From: Eledone cirrhosa
Lineage: Eukaryota
Assembly: GCA_964016885.1 (NCBI GenBank)
Contig: OZ024742.1
Location: forward strand, 63,984,001 to 64,048,000
DNA: 64,000 nucleotides
Direction of reading: 5' to 3'
In this document: one piece after another, positions 41,455 to 55,730 of the stretch
Position numbering within the stretch: position 1 is the first letter of the stretch
Layout: each line of letters begins with the position of its first letter
Program-made: the position numbers and the translations under genes
Notes under the pieces: model-generated
Told to the model about the DNA's origin: nothing
The model's input: the letters and a program-made list of their open reading frames with translations, nothing else
Databases searched by the model: none

Positions 41455-41458
<4 letters not shown>
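40811..41458 (+). repeat. Rearranged partial duplicates of 37620-38128
   Basis: 40811-40983 resembles 37820-38021; 40990-41458 resembles 37631-38128. Confidence 0.85.
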
Positions 41459-41493
<35 letters not shown>

Positions 41494-41898
41494 TTGTTAA
41501 TTCACAAATTGGACATCAAGTTGATTGAACAACTGAATGCTCGTGATCAATATCGACAGAGTATCCCTAATGATGAGTCAGATATTAACAGGTTGCCTGC
41601 AACAGGTAGATAAGGGCTCATTAATAATTTCACATCGTTGTCATTGCATAAGGAAAGCTTCTGTGAGAATTGACAGTGATTAGAGTGTTACATGCAAAGT
41701 AAGCATGCTATGACATGTTGTCTGAACACTGTTACATTGTTTTCATAAACAAGAAAGGACATGTCCTTCGCCATATTTTATTATGTATGTATGTATGAAT
41801 CTATGTATCTATGTATCTATGTATGTATCTATGTATGTATGTGTATATGTATGCATGTATGTATGTATATATGTGTATTATGCATTCAGATTTGTGTG

Positions 41899-41994
<96 letters not shown>

Positions 41995-42066
41995 TAGATA
42001 GATATAGATAGACCCATGCTAGCGTGGAAAATGGACGTTAAAAGATGATGATGATGATGATGATGA

Positions 42067-42134
<68 letters not shown>

Positions 42135-42168
42135 TTACATGAAACAAAGCTCTGTTTAAATCATTTAT

Positions 42169-42222
42169 TTGCTTACAATTGTATTGTTTCTTCCAAACCG
42201 AGGTTTGGAGTCTTCGGAGCAA
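42169..42222 (-). ncRNA. Type I hammerhead ribozyme variant (U4C, C.A junction, stable helix III)
   Basis: Minus strand: TTGCT CCGAAGA C TCCAAACC TC GGTTTGGA A GAAA CAAT ACA ATTG TA AGCAA ATAAA. Confidence 0.75.
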
Positions 42223-42494
42223 TTATTCAGTGATTTTTAACATACTTGACCTCCTTTTCAACACAAGAGACATATAGAAACATATGTATAAATTACTGTC
42301 TTTCACTATTTAGGGTATAATATATATATAACTATAAAAGGTTTTAGTATATACATAACCATAAATAGTATCCTTAATACTATATATATATATATATATA
42401 TATATAATAAAAAATTGAACAGGGACAGAACAGAGAGGCAGTACGACAAATGTTTATTAGCTTCACGCTCAGGAGAGTGGGGGGTAGGTGGAGG

Positions 42495-42526
42495 ACGACG
42501 TTTCGGGCATAAGCCCTTCTTCGGGT
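42495..42526 (-). ncRNA. Ultra-minimal hammerhead-like motif in a Penelope-like 3' fragment (~42410-42870)
   Basis: Minus strand: AC CCGAAGA A GGGC TTAT GCCC GAAA CG TC GT, preceded by a C-rich tract and followed by AATAAA. Confidence 0.65.
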
Positions 42527-42900
42527 AAGAGTTCAAAAGGTGTGTAGGGGAGTGGTGGAGAGACATATAGCGAAAGGAAACGGTGCGAATGAAAAATTAA
42601 CAAATAAAGACAAAATTATAATAAATAATAAATAAAAATAAAGCATGATCAAAATACAAGGAATGAGAACATTTAAAAATAAAGGCATGATCAAAATAAA
42701 CTGAAATTAAAAGGGGGGTAAACAGGTGGTGGAAGGGTGTGGGGTGAGTGGAGGTGGAGGCGGGTGGAGTGGGGAGAGGGAGACGGGGTGTCCGAGCGGG
42801 GAGGGCTGAAGGTGGTGTGTGTGGTTAGGTGTGTGTGTGTGTGTGTGTATGTGAAAGTGAGGGTTGGGGGTATATACTGTGTATATATATATACACATAT

Positions 42901-43508
42901 GGTGGCTGCCAACTTGTTTTCGAGTACGGCCACTACTTTATATCCATGTAGGAGAACTCCTACCGATGCGCTGAACGAGTGTGACTTTTTAGTCCAGCCA
43001 GCGACTTGAAAACTCTGGTACAAACACTACATTTGTGACAATTATTGACACATAGTGCTGGGCCCATGGTACCATGTGACGACAAGTGCTGAGAGATCTC
43101 CAGATATAAACCAATGCCTGTGCCGTGAAGCTTTTATAGTGAGCAAAGGCACTGCACAAAGCCAGTCCCACTCTCTTAACCAAGATGATATTTACCAAAA
43201 AGAAGAACAAGTCAACATCATTGGATACCATCAGAGTTGCAGGTGTTATATCAGAGTTTTCCTTCTCCTAGAATTCTGCCTTGACAAAGGCTAAGGGGTC
43301 ATCTCTCCCGGTGATTTAGGATGGCCATTGACTCTTAAGAGCTCCTTTGCCCTTTGACAGGTTTTGTTTTTAGTCCTGCAGGATGTCCAAAGTCACCCTC
43401 TTCACCAAGAAACGTTGGTGGGGTTGCCAGTTTAGTCGCCAACGACCCGACCATGAGACAGGTTGTACTGGGATACATGTTACCAGTAGCACCAACTGGT
43501 GACCTGAC
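42901..43508 (-). mobile_element. Full-length 608-bp non-autonomous RTE-derived element
   Basis: Reverse complement of 17233-17840 with identical boundaries. Confidence 0.85.
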
Positions 43509-43532
43509 ATATATATATATATATATATATAT

Positions 43533-44165
<633 letters not shown>

Positions 44166-44767
44166 TATATTTATATATATATATATATATATTCTTATAT
44201 ATATATATATATCATCATCATCATCATTAATGTCTATCTTCCACGCTAGGGGAATTGTCCCACTTCAGGCAAGATTGGTTGGGTGACTGTGTCACGTTCG
44301 TATAGGACTATCTGGCAGGTTTTCTACGGCTGGATGCCCTTCCTAACACCAACCACATTTACAGTGTGGACTGGGAGCCTTTTACCATGTTACCTACACA
44401 ACCACATTACAGCGTGGACTGTGTGTGTTTTTTGTCATGACACCTACATGACCTCATTAGTTTGGACTGGATGTTGTGGTACCAACATAACTTTACGGGA
44501 ACTGATTTTGGCTTGATTTCTACAGCTGGATGCCCTTCCTAACACCAACCTCATTTACAGTGAGTGCTGGGGTTTTTTTTATCATGGCGCCTACATGGCC
44601 ACTTTACAGTATGGGCTGGGTGCTTTTTTGCCGTGACACCTCCACGTCCACTTTGGAGTGGAAGGGGGATGGGGGCATATTGTCTATATGCTTCAATTTT
44701 GGCTTGTACCCGTGGGAAGTCGGATCTTCTGTATTAATGCATAACACCAGAGGTCTCATATATATGA

Positions 44768-44802
<35 letters not shown>

Positions 44803-45680
44803 GGAATGTAACTCCCTCTGAATACCAGGGGACAACTTTATATATATATAAAATTTAAAATTTATATATTATATATATATATACCTGTGAAGAGTGAAAA
44901 ACTGTGAATATAACGTAAAATATAAGCCAGCAAATACAGTATATTGTTATTAATAATTTAGCATTAAAAAGCATGAAAAAATATATATTGCCACGAAAAA
45001 TGCCATAAAAAAATTACGGAAGATATTTACGATCTCGCAAATATGCAGTGGTTTCCACAAATAATTATTAGTTAGGTTCTAAAGAAAATTCCACGAATAA
45101 TCGGGACTGCGAACGCCAGGACGAAGAATGCAGGGACTGTGAATGCTGGGACCACGAATGTTGAGGGTACACTGCATATATATATATATAATTTAAAAAG
45201 TGACGAAGACAATGGACAATATACTCGGAACATTGGTAAATTACAAACAGAAATTTACAAATGTATAGTGAATAATTGCATATTTATACCAGATGTCAAA
45301 CTGTTATCAACGCATATGTATGTATGTATGCATATTCCTAACTAGAACAAGGGTGCTCTCACATATATATATATATATATGGAGTGTCTACAGTGCTAAG
45401 CCCAGAAAGACCACTAATCAAAATAGTACTCGATGCATAATGGGATGCAAAGTTGGTATGTATAGGAAGAAAATGTTCGACCATGAGCTCCTACAGTTTC
45501 TACTCATGACTCCACACAGATGATTGAACAACTGGAACACTCATCATCGAAACTGATGGAGGTCCATCGATTCTCGAGTACTACACCTGAGGTTGATCAG
45601 GGATCACACTGAAGAAAACTATGAAGATCTAAATAACAAAATAAGATATTCATTTCTGATCGTATAGGCATCATGGCAAA

Positions 45681-47480
45681 AAGCACCCAGTCCACACTGT
45701 AAAGTGGTCGTGTAGATGTCACAACACCAAGCACCCAGTCCACACTGTAAATTGGTCATGTAGGTGTCACAACACCAAGCACCCAGTACTCACTGTAAAT
45801 TGGTCGTGTAGGTGTCACAACACCAAGCACCCAGTACTCACTGTAAAGTGGTCGTGTAGATGTCACAACACCAAGCACCCAGTACTCACTGTAAAGTGGT
45901 CGTGTAGATGTCACAACACCAAGCACCCAGTACTCACTGTAAAGTGGTCGTGTAGATGTTACAACACCAAGCACCCAGTACACACTGTAAATTGGTCATG
46001 TAGGTGTCACAACACCAAGCACCCAGTACTCACTGTAAATTGGTCGTGTAGGTGTCACAACACCAAGCACCCAGTACTCACTGTAAAGTGGTCGTGTAGA
46101 TGTCACAACACCAAGCACCCAGTACTCACTGTAAAGTGGTCGTGTAGATGTTACAACACCAAGCACCCAGTACTCACTGTAAATTGGTCGTGTAGGTGTC
46201 ACAACACCAAGCACCCAGTACTCACTGTAAAGTGGTCGTGTAGATGTCACAACACCAAGCACCCAGTACTCACTGTAAAGTGGTCGTGTAGATGTCACAA
46301 CACCAAGCACCCAGTACTCACTGTAAATTGGTCGTGTAGGTGTCACAACACCAAGCACCCAGTACTCACTGTAAAGTGGTCGTGTAGATGTCACAACACC
46401 AAGCACCCAGTACTCACTGTAAAGTGGTCATGTAGGTGTCACAACACCAAGCACCCAGTACTCACTGTAAATTGGTCGTGTAGGTGTCACAACACCAAGC
46501 ACCCAGTACTCACTGTAAAGTGGTCGTGTAGATGTCACAACACCAAGCACCCAGTACTCACTGTAAAGTGGTCGTGTAGATGTTACAACACCAAGCACCC
46601 AGTACACACTGTAAATTGGTCATGTAGGTGTCACAACACCAAGCACCCAGTACTCACTGTAAATTGGTCGTGTAGGTGTCACAACACCAAGCACCCAGTA
46701 CTCACTGTAAATTGGTCATGTAGGTGTCACAACACCAAGCACCCAGTACTCACTGTAAAGTGGTTGTGTAGGTGTCACAACACCAAGCACCCAGTACTCA
46801 CTGTAAAGTGGTCGTGTAGGTGTCACAACACCAAGCACCCAGTACTCACTGTAAATTGGTCGTGTAGATGTCACAACACCAAGCACCCAGTACTCACTGT
46901 AAAGTGGTCGTGTAGGTGTCACAACACCAAGCACCCAGTACTCACTGTAAAGTGGTCGTGTAGGTGTCACAACACCAAGCATCCAGTACTCACTGTAAAG
47001 TGGTCATGTAGGTGTCACAACACCAAGCACCCAGTACTCACTGTAAAGTGGTCGTGTAGGTGTCACAACACCAAGCACCCAGTACTCACTGTAAAGTGGT
47101 CATGTAGGTGTCACAACACAAAGCACCCAGTACTCACTGTAAAGTGGTCGTGTAGGTGTCACAACACAAAGCACCCAGTACCCGCTGTAAAGTGGTCATG
47201 TAGGTGTCACAACACCAAGTACCCAGTACTCACTGTAAAGTGGTCGTGTAGGTGTCACAACACCAAGCACCCAGTACTCACTGTAAAGTGGTCATGTAGG
47301 TGTCACAACACCAAGCACCCAGTACTCACTGTAAATTGGTCGTGTAGATGTCACAACACCAAGCACCCAGTACTCACTGTAAAGTGGTCGTGTAGGTGTC
47401 ACAACACCAAGCACCCAGTACTCACTGTAAAGTGGTCGTGTAGGTGTCACAACACCAAGCACCCAGTACTCACTGTAAAT
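45681..47480 (+). repeat. 48-bp minisatellite (~37 units) inside a LINE 3' UTR copy
   Basis: Unit AAGCACCCAGTACTCACTGTAAAGTGGTCGTGTAGGTGTCACAACACC; continues into GGAAGGGCATCCAGCTGTAGAAA...(GAT)n. Confidence 0.95.
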
Positions 47481-48454
47481 GAGGTTGGCTATAGGAAGGG
47501 CATCCAGCTGTAGAAACCAAGCCAAAATCAGTTGTGTATAAGTGAGTCATGATCACCTGACCTAGCATTGCCCACAACAGGACAACTCGTCTAAGCCATG
47601 CTAGTGTGGAAGAATGGGCGTAAAACGGGGATGATGGTGATGATGATGAAATACTACAAAATCTATTAACAATTAACAAAACTTCAGGTAATTAAATATT
47701 CATTAGTTCGCTTATCAGAAACATTCCATACAGGCATTGTGCCTTTTGTTAGTATCAATCCCATGGTAAACATTATAATTTGTATTATTTTTATACACAT
47801 CACAGCACAAATTGGTTGGGTCACACATATATATATAACCTCATTATAAATCCTATTGCAATTTTAAGATTTCATGTTAAACATTTTAATGACTTTAATT
47901 GTATGCAATAAAATATATCTGTGATGTACATTTCAAAGCCTGGTGTAATATTTTATCTCCACTAATAATATTATAATTAGTGGTCAGAGGCTCTTTAGCA
48001 TTATAGTTAGTGCACTCATTAGGCATCCAAAAAATTCAGAATTCAATTTCTTGCAAGTACTATTGTCCTCTTTTTTTCCTTTTCCGGGTGTGCTTTACCT
48101 GATTTTCTAAACTATTATTTGTAGTGGTTGACCATTGTTATTACAGTTATTTGCGTTGGGACACACATTTAAAATTAAAAATGTTCCCAATGCTTCTTAA
48201 ATCAACCATATTTACAATTGTTTATTAATTAGTATTTTTTCATTTTATCTTGCATATCCAGATTAAAATAGATATACTCCATCCCTGTGTCTTGTAAGAA
48301 GCAACTAAATGGGTTAGTGTCAGGAAGGGCATATGGCTGTAAAAGAAGGCTTCAAAAATCCCATCCAACCCATACATCTTCATGCGTCTTTCTTCTCCAA
48401 GTTTTCAGTGTCATTCGTTTGTCCCATGTGTAATTTTGGGGCTTTATATATATA

Positions 48455-48555
<101 letters not shown>

Positions 48556-48564
48556 GAGGCATAT

Positions 48565-48600
<36 letters not shown>

Positions 48601-48682
48601 TAATAATATAAACATGAAGACTAAAATCCAAAGAGGGCTCGATAAGGATAAATATATATCCAATATATAAGAACCCTAGAGC

Positions 48683-49125
48683 AAATATTTATTAAAATAA
48701 CATATATATAGTGCCTGCAGAATAAAAACTTTAAAGGAATTTCAACTTTCTGGTCTCCTGTCAATAATTATATCATCATCATCGTTTAACGTCCCTGTTC
48801 CACACTTGCATGGGTTTGGATATATATATATATTATTAGAAAGTGAGGTTTTTTTACAAAATGAAAAAAAACGAGGTGTCCTACACGAGTGAAAGTATAA
48901 GGAAAAAAGATAAAATCGAAAATGCAACTGGAGTCTTTTTTTTATAAAAATATATATTTATTTGGTTCCTTTACCAGTTTCGCAGTTCTTCTGCTTTTCA
49001 AAAATACAATTGAGATGGAGGGTTTGTGGTTTTTCTCACATAAAGTGACAGGAGGCCAGAAAGTTGAAATTCCTTTAAAGTTTTTATTCTGCAGGCACTA
49101 TATATATTTTATTATATTAATATTT
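48683..49125 (-). mobile_element. Inverted-repeat island with a very degenerate HHR in the spacer
   Basis: Arms 48683-48763 and 49046-49125; minus 48970-49003 reads TTGAAAA GCAG AAGAA CTGC GAAA CTGG TA. Confidence 0.55.
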
Positions 49126-49131
49126 TATATA

Positions 49132-49213
<82 letters not shown>

Positions 49214-49450
49214 TATGTGTGTGTGTGTGTATATATATGTGTGTGTGTTATTATACTGTGTTTCTTATAGGATATATGGCTCTTTCTCTCTCTGTATGTA
49301 CATATATCTTTTTCATTTGGTTATATATATATATGTATATGCATATGTGTTTCTATATATACATACACTAGTATATGAGTAAAACTGACTTATTTTTGTT
49401 TGTCTAGCTTATATCCACCCAAATTAGATTTTGGCGTAAGTTTAATGTTT

Positions 49451-49487
<37 letters not shown>

Positions 49488-49489
49488 CA

Positions 49490-49573
<84 letters not shown>

Positions 49574-50428
49574 TACCTACAGTCAGTAGCCACCTCTTAA
49601 CCAAATATACACCCCAATCCACTACCCTACCCTATCCTCCCACTCCCACCAACACCACCCTCTCTCTGTAAAGTTGGTACCACAACATCCAGTCCAAATA
49701 AATGAGATAATGAGATCGAGATTGTGTAGGTGTCAGAACAAAAAAAAACACACAGTCCACGCTGTAATGTGGTCGTGTAGGTAACACGGTAAAAAGTTCC
49801 CAGTTCCACACTGTAAATGTGGTTGGTGTTAGGAAGGGCATCCAGCCGTAGAAAACCTGCCAGATAGTCCTATATGAGTGAGACACGGTCACCCGACCAG
49901 CCTTGCCTCAAGTGTGACAACTCCCGTCTAACCCATGCTAGCGTGGAAGATGGATGTTAAACAAAGATGATGATGATGATAATATATACATGCACGCACA
50001 CACGCACACACACACTCAGTTACAACTTTTGAATGTTTTGCTAAGGGAAAAATAAAATTACTTTAAATGCCACCTCCAAATGGTTTTGTTTAGTTTATAA
50101 AGACAAACTCTCCACCCTTCCAATTCCCAATCGTTCATATTTCCAAAACACACACAAAACATTAACAAACATTTGTCCACTGTCACCACCACCTTTACAC
50201 TCATATCATCTATCATATTTGGCGTACTATTACCTTCTCAACTCCCACACTATTAACTTTTCCCATAATCTACTATCTCCTATGAGAATCATTCGCCATC
50301 TTGGTTGTTAGCTTCGTCTACACCCATACACATGTGTCTGTGTCTGTCTGTGGGTGTTTGTGTCTGTGTGTGTATATCTGCCTATCTATATATCTATCTA
50401 GTTGACTGGCTGGCTGGCTGAATGTCTG

Positions 50429-50494
<66 letters not shown>

Positions 50495-51529
50495 TCTCCC
50501 TCTCTCTCTCTTTCTCTCTCTGACTGGCTGGTTGGCTGCCTGGATGGATGGTTGTGTTAATTTGGTTTCAGTGATAATGTTATAATATATTGGTATTTCA
50601 CATTTATTTATCAACTAGTAAACAAGGACACGCCACCTAACATGTGAATCATTGAAGCATTTATATAAACATACTACTGCTTTCAACAGACTGTGAACTG
50701 GCAAAGTCAGATTGTAAATGCTTTGGTATCATGGTATCCCATGAAATCACATTAGCAATGCATTCTTGAAAAATTCAAAACAGTTTATATCAAAACAGCA
50801 TTGTATAAAACAGTAAATTTGTTACTTTTTAATACTGCAATTTTCCACAACGAAATGAGAGAGAAAGTGATAAAGAGATGTCGAGGAAGAATCAACTTCA
50901 GCACTGCACTGGTTTATCGATCTCAAAGGACGAAAGGCAAAGTTAATCCTGGTGGGATTTGGACACAGAAAGCAATGAACTGGAACAAATATCATGAGGC
51001 ATTCTACCTGACATTCTTACAACTGTGGATTGGCAGTATCGGTAGATGGTCGGACGCTATGCTTTGCAGCATAGAGTTACGGCCCTTTATGATCCGAGTT
51101 CAAATCCTGCCGAGGTTAACTTTGCCTTTCATCCTTACGGGGTCGATAAAATAAAGTACCAGTCATGCACTGGGTCAATTTAATCGATTTCTCCTCCCCA
51201 AAATTGCTGGCCTTGTACCTATATAAGAAACCATTCTTACAACTCTGTCAATTCGACGCCTTCCTAATGATATTAACGTGTAAGTGGTTGAGCATTAACG
51301 TTGTTCTCAGGGAGATTCATGATGACACTGTGTGCAACAAAGCTTGTATTTTGAATTACAAATACAACCTGTTTTTGCCAGTTTAATGGACTGGAGCAAC
51401 ATGAAATAAAGTGTCTTGTTCAAGGACACAATGTGTCACCAAGAATCGAACTCGTGGTCGTACATTTATGAGCCAAACCCTCTAACCACTAAACCAGGTG
51501 CTTTCCCTGGTAAAGTGATGTAGATAAAT

Positions 51530-52560
51530 AGTACTGGGTGCTTGGTGTTGTGACACCTACATGACCACTTTACAGTGAGTACTGGGTGCTTGGTGTTGTG
51601 ACACCTACACGACCACTTTACAGTGAGTACTGGGTGCTTGGTGTTGTGACACCTACACGACCACTTTACAGTGAGTACTGGGTGCTTGGTGTTGTGACAC
51701 ATACATGACCACTTTACAGTGAGTACTGGGTGCTTGGTGTTGTGACACCTACATGACCACTTTACAGTGAGTACTGGGTGCTTGGTGTTGTGACACCTAC
51801 ATGACCACTTTACAGTGAGTACTGGGTGCTTGGTGTTGTGACATCTACATGACCACTTTACAGTGAGTACTGGGTGCTTGGTGTTGTGACATCTACACGA
51901 CCACTTTACAGTGAGTACTGGGTGCTTGGTGTTGTGACACATACATGACCACTTTACAGTGAGTACTGGGTGCTTGGTGTTGTGACACCTACATGACCAC
52001 TTTACAGTGAGTACTGGGTGCTTGGTGTTGTGACATCTACATGACCACTTTACAGCGGGTACTGGGTGCTTGGTGTTGTGACATCTACACGACCACTTTA
52101 CAGTGAGTACTGGGTGCTTGGTGTTGTGACATCTACATGACCACTTTACAGTGAGTACTGGGTGCTTGGTGTTGTGACATCTACATGACCACTTTACAGC
52201 GGGTACTGGGTGCTTGGTGTTGAGACATCTACACGACCACTTTACAGTGAGTACTGGGTGCTTGGTGTTGTGACATCTACACGACCACTTTACAGTGAGT
52301 ACTGGGTGCTTGGTGTTGTGACACCTACATGACCACTTTACAGCGAGTACTGGGTGCTTGGTGTTGTGACACCTACACGACCACTTTACAGCGGGTACTG
52401 GGTGCTTGGTGTTGTGACATCTACACGACCACTTTACAGTGAGTACTGGGTGCTTGGTGTTGTGACATCTACACGACCAATTTACAGTGAGTACTGGGTG
52501 CTTGGTGTTGTGACATCTACACGACCACTTTACAGTGAGTACTGGGTGCTTGGTGTTGTG
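51530..52560 (-). repeat. Second array (~21 units) of the same 48-bp minisatellite, opposite orientation
   Basis: Unit GTACTGGGTGCTTGGTGTTGTGACACCTACATGACCACTTTACAGTGA. Confidence 0.95.
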
Positions 52561-52661
52561 TCCTTTGTCATAGATACTGCCCTCACACAGACAATAGTAA
52601 ACAATTAAGAATTCATCGTTTCTTCACCTCCTCCTCCTCCTCCTCCTCCATAACTCTGTCT

Positions 52662-52864
52662 TCATTACCATCATCATCACCATCCCCATCATAATCATTA
52701 CCATCATCATCACCATCCCCATCATAATCATTACCATCATCATCACCATCCCCATCATAATCATTACCATCATCATCACCATCCCCATCATAATCATTAC
52801 CATCATCATCACCATCCCCATCATAATCATTACCATCATCATCACCATCCCCATCATAATCATT
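52662..52864. repeat. 33-bp tandem repeat (~6 copies) derived from (CAT)n
   Basis: CATTACCATCATCATCACCATCCCCATCATAAT repeated. Confidence 0.9.
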
Positions 52865-53465
52865 GTCATCATTTTTTTTTTTGCCTTTGCCAAATAATAA
52901 TTGTTTCTACTTTTGGCACAAGGCCAGCAATTATTCCAGTGTATTACTGGTACTTTATTTTATCGACCCTGTAAGGATGAAAGGCAAAGTTAACCTCGGC
53001 GGGATTTGAACTCAGACCATAAAGGGCCGCAACTCTTTGCTGCAAAGCATGGCGTCCGAATAATAATTAGCATTGTTGTTATTGTTATTATCATTCCATT
53101 ATTATTTATGCAGCATAGTGTACTGAGTAAAAAATAGTTGAGGCTGTGGTTAGTTTTATAAATAACTACAGCTGATATGGTGGGGGAGGCTGGTGATGGT
53201 AAGTGGGAGGTAAAGAGGGAGACAGAGAGGGAAAGTGTGTGTGGTGTGTGCAACATAAAAGGGGGGGGGCGTAAAGAGGAGGGTGAGGAAGATCAACAAC
53301 ATTGTCTATCATCATCATCATCATCATCATCGTCGTCATTGTCGTCGTATATATATTTATAGCTGTTTCCCAAAGTGCTTCATATATAGCTGCGATATAT
53401 ATAAATATATGAATGTGTGTGACGTCTGAAAATGTCTGTCTCTCCCTGCGTCTTTACAAATACAA

Positions 53466-55730
53466 GTGTGTGTGGTGTTAGTGTGTGTGTGTGGTGTTAG
53501 TGTGTGTATGTGGTGTTAGTGTGTGTATGTGGTGTTTGTGTGTGGTGTTAGTGTGTGTATGTGGTGTTTGTGTGTGGTGTTACTGTTTCTGTGTGTGGTG
53601 TTAGTGTGTGTATGTGGTGTTAGTGTGTGTATGTGGTGTTTGTGTGTGGTGTTAGTGTGTGTATGTGGTGTTTGTGTGTGGTGTTAGTGTGTGTATGTGG
53701 TGTTAGTGTGTGTATGTGGTGTTTGTGTGTGGTGTTAGTGTGTGTATGTGGTGTTTGTGTGTGGTGTTAGTGTGTGTATGTGGTGTTTGTGTGTGGTGTT
53801 AGTGTTTGTGTGTGGTGTTAGTGTGTGTATGTGGTGTTTGTGTGTGGTGTTAGTGTTTGTGTGTGGTGTTAGTGTGTGTATGTGGTGTTTGTGTGTGGTG
53901 TTAGTGTTTGTGTGTGGTGTTAGTGTGTGTATGTGGTGTTTGTGTGTGTATGTGGTGTTTGTGTGTGGTGTTAGTGTGTGTATGTGGTGTTTGTGTGTGT
54001 ATGTGGTGTTTGTGTGTGGTGTTAGTGTGTGTATGTGGTGTTTGTGTGTGGTGTTAGTGTGTGTATGTGGTGTTAGTGTGTGTATGTGGTGTTTGTGTGT
54101 GGTGTTAGTGTTTGTGTGTGGTGTTAGTGTTTGTGTGTGGTGTTAGTGTTTGTGTGTGGTGTTTGTGTGTGGTGTTAGTGTGTGGTGTTAGTGTGTGTAT
54201 GTGGTGTTAGTGTGTGTATGTGGTGTTTGTGTGTGGTGTTAGTGTTTGTGTGTGGTGTTTGTGTGTGGTGTTAGTGTGTGTATGTGGTGTTAGTGTGTGT
54301 ATGTGGTGTTTGTGTGTGGTGTTAGTGTTTGTGTGTGGTGTTAGTGTGTGTGGTGTTAGTGTTTGTGTGTGGTGTTTGTGTGTGGTGTTAGTGTTTGTGT
54401 GTGGTGTTAGTGTGTGTGGTGTTAGTGTTTGTGTGTGGTGTTAGTGTGTCTGTGTGGTGTTTGTGTGTGGTGTTAGTGTGTGGTGTTAGTGTTTGTGTGT
54501 GGTGTTAGTGTGTGTATGTGGTGTTTGTGTGTGGTGTTAGTGTTTGTGTGTGGTGTTAGTGTTTGTGTGTGTGGTGTTAGTGTTTGTGTGTGGTGTTAGT
54601 GTTTGTGTGTGTGGTGTTAGTGTTTGTGTGTGGTGTTAGTGTGTGTGTGTGGTGTTTGTGTGTGGTGTTAGTGTGTGGTGTTAGTGTTTGTGTGTGGTGT
54701 TAGTGTGTGTATGTGGTGTTTGTGTGTGGTGTTAGTGTTTGTGTGTGGTGTTAGTGTGTGTATGTGGTGTTTGTGTGTGGTGTTAGTGTTTGTGTGTGGT
54801 GTTAGTGTGTGTGGTGTTAGTGTTTGTGTGTGGTGTTAGTGTTTGTGTGTGTGGTGTTAGTGTTTGTGTGTGGTGTTAGTGTGTGTGTGTGGTGTTAGTG
54901 TTTGTGTGTGGTGTTAGTGTTTGTGTGTGGTGTTAGTGTTTGTGTGTGGTGTTAGTGTTTGTGTGTGGTGTTAGTGTTTGTGTGTGTGGTGTTAGTGTTT
55001 GTGTGTGTGGTGTTAGTGTGTGTGGTGTTAGTGTTTGTGTGTGGTGTTAGTGTTTGCGTGTGGTGTTAGTGTTTGTGTGTGTGGTGTTAGTGTGTGTGGT
55101 GTTAGTGTTTGTGTGTGGTGTTAGTGTTTGTGTGTGGTGTTAGTGTTTGTGTGTGGTGTTAGTGTTTGTGTGTGGTGTTAGTGTTTGTGTGTGGTGTTAG
55201 TATTTGTGTGTGGTGTTAGTGTTTGTGTGTGGTGTTAGTGTTTGTGTGTGGTGTTAGTGTGTGTGTGTGGTGTTAGTGTTTGTGTGTGTGGTGTTAGTGT
55301 TTGTGTGTGGTGTTAGTGTTTGTGTGTGGTGTTAGTGTTTGTGTGTGTGGTGTTAGTGTTTGTGTGTGGTGTTAGTTTTTGTGTGTGTGGTGTTAGTGTT
55401 TGTGTGTGGTGTTAGTGTTTGTGTGTGGTGTTAGTGCGTGCGTGTGGTGTTAGTGTTTGTGTGTGTGGTGTTAGTGTTTGTGTGTGGTGTTAGTGTTTGT
55501 GTGTGTGGTGTTAGTGTTTGTGTGTGTGGTGTTAGTGTTTGTGTGTGGTGTTAGTGTTTGTGTGTGTGTGTGGTGTTAGTGTTTGTGTGTGTGGTGTTAG
55601 TGTTTGTGTGTGGTGTTAGTGTTTGTGTGTGGTGTTAGTGTTTGTGTGTGTGGTGTTAGTGTGTGCGTGTGGTGTTAGTGTTTGTGTGTGGTGTTAGTGT
55701 TTGTGTGTGGTGTTAGTGTTTGTGTGTGCT
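53466..55730. repeat. G/T-rich satellite, ~14-20 bp GGTGTTAGTGT(G/T)TGTGTGT units
   Basis: About 2.3 kb, almost devoid of C on the plus strand. Confidence 0.95.

Noticed and set aside
45681-47480. CRISPR-like array, or His/Cys-rich repeat protein (249 aa)
   Set aside because: Head-to-tail units with no unique spacers and no cas genes; the ORFs arise because 48 is divisible by 3.
52624-52893. Met-rich protein
   Set aside because: Translation of a 33-bp (CAT)-derived tandem repeat.
53466-55730. Interstitial telomere
   Set aside because: No TTAGGG or TTAGG units.
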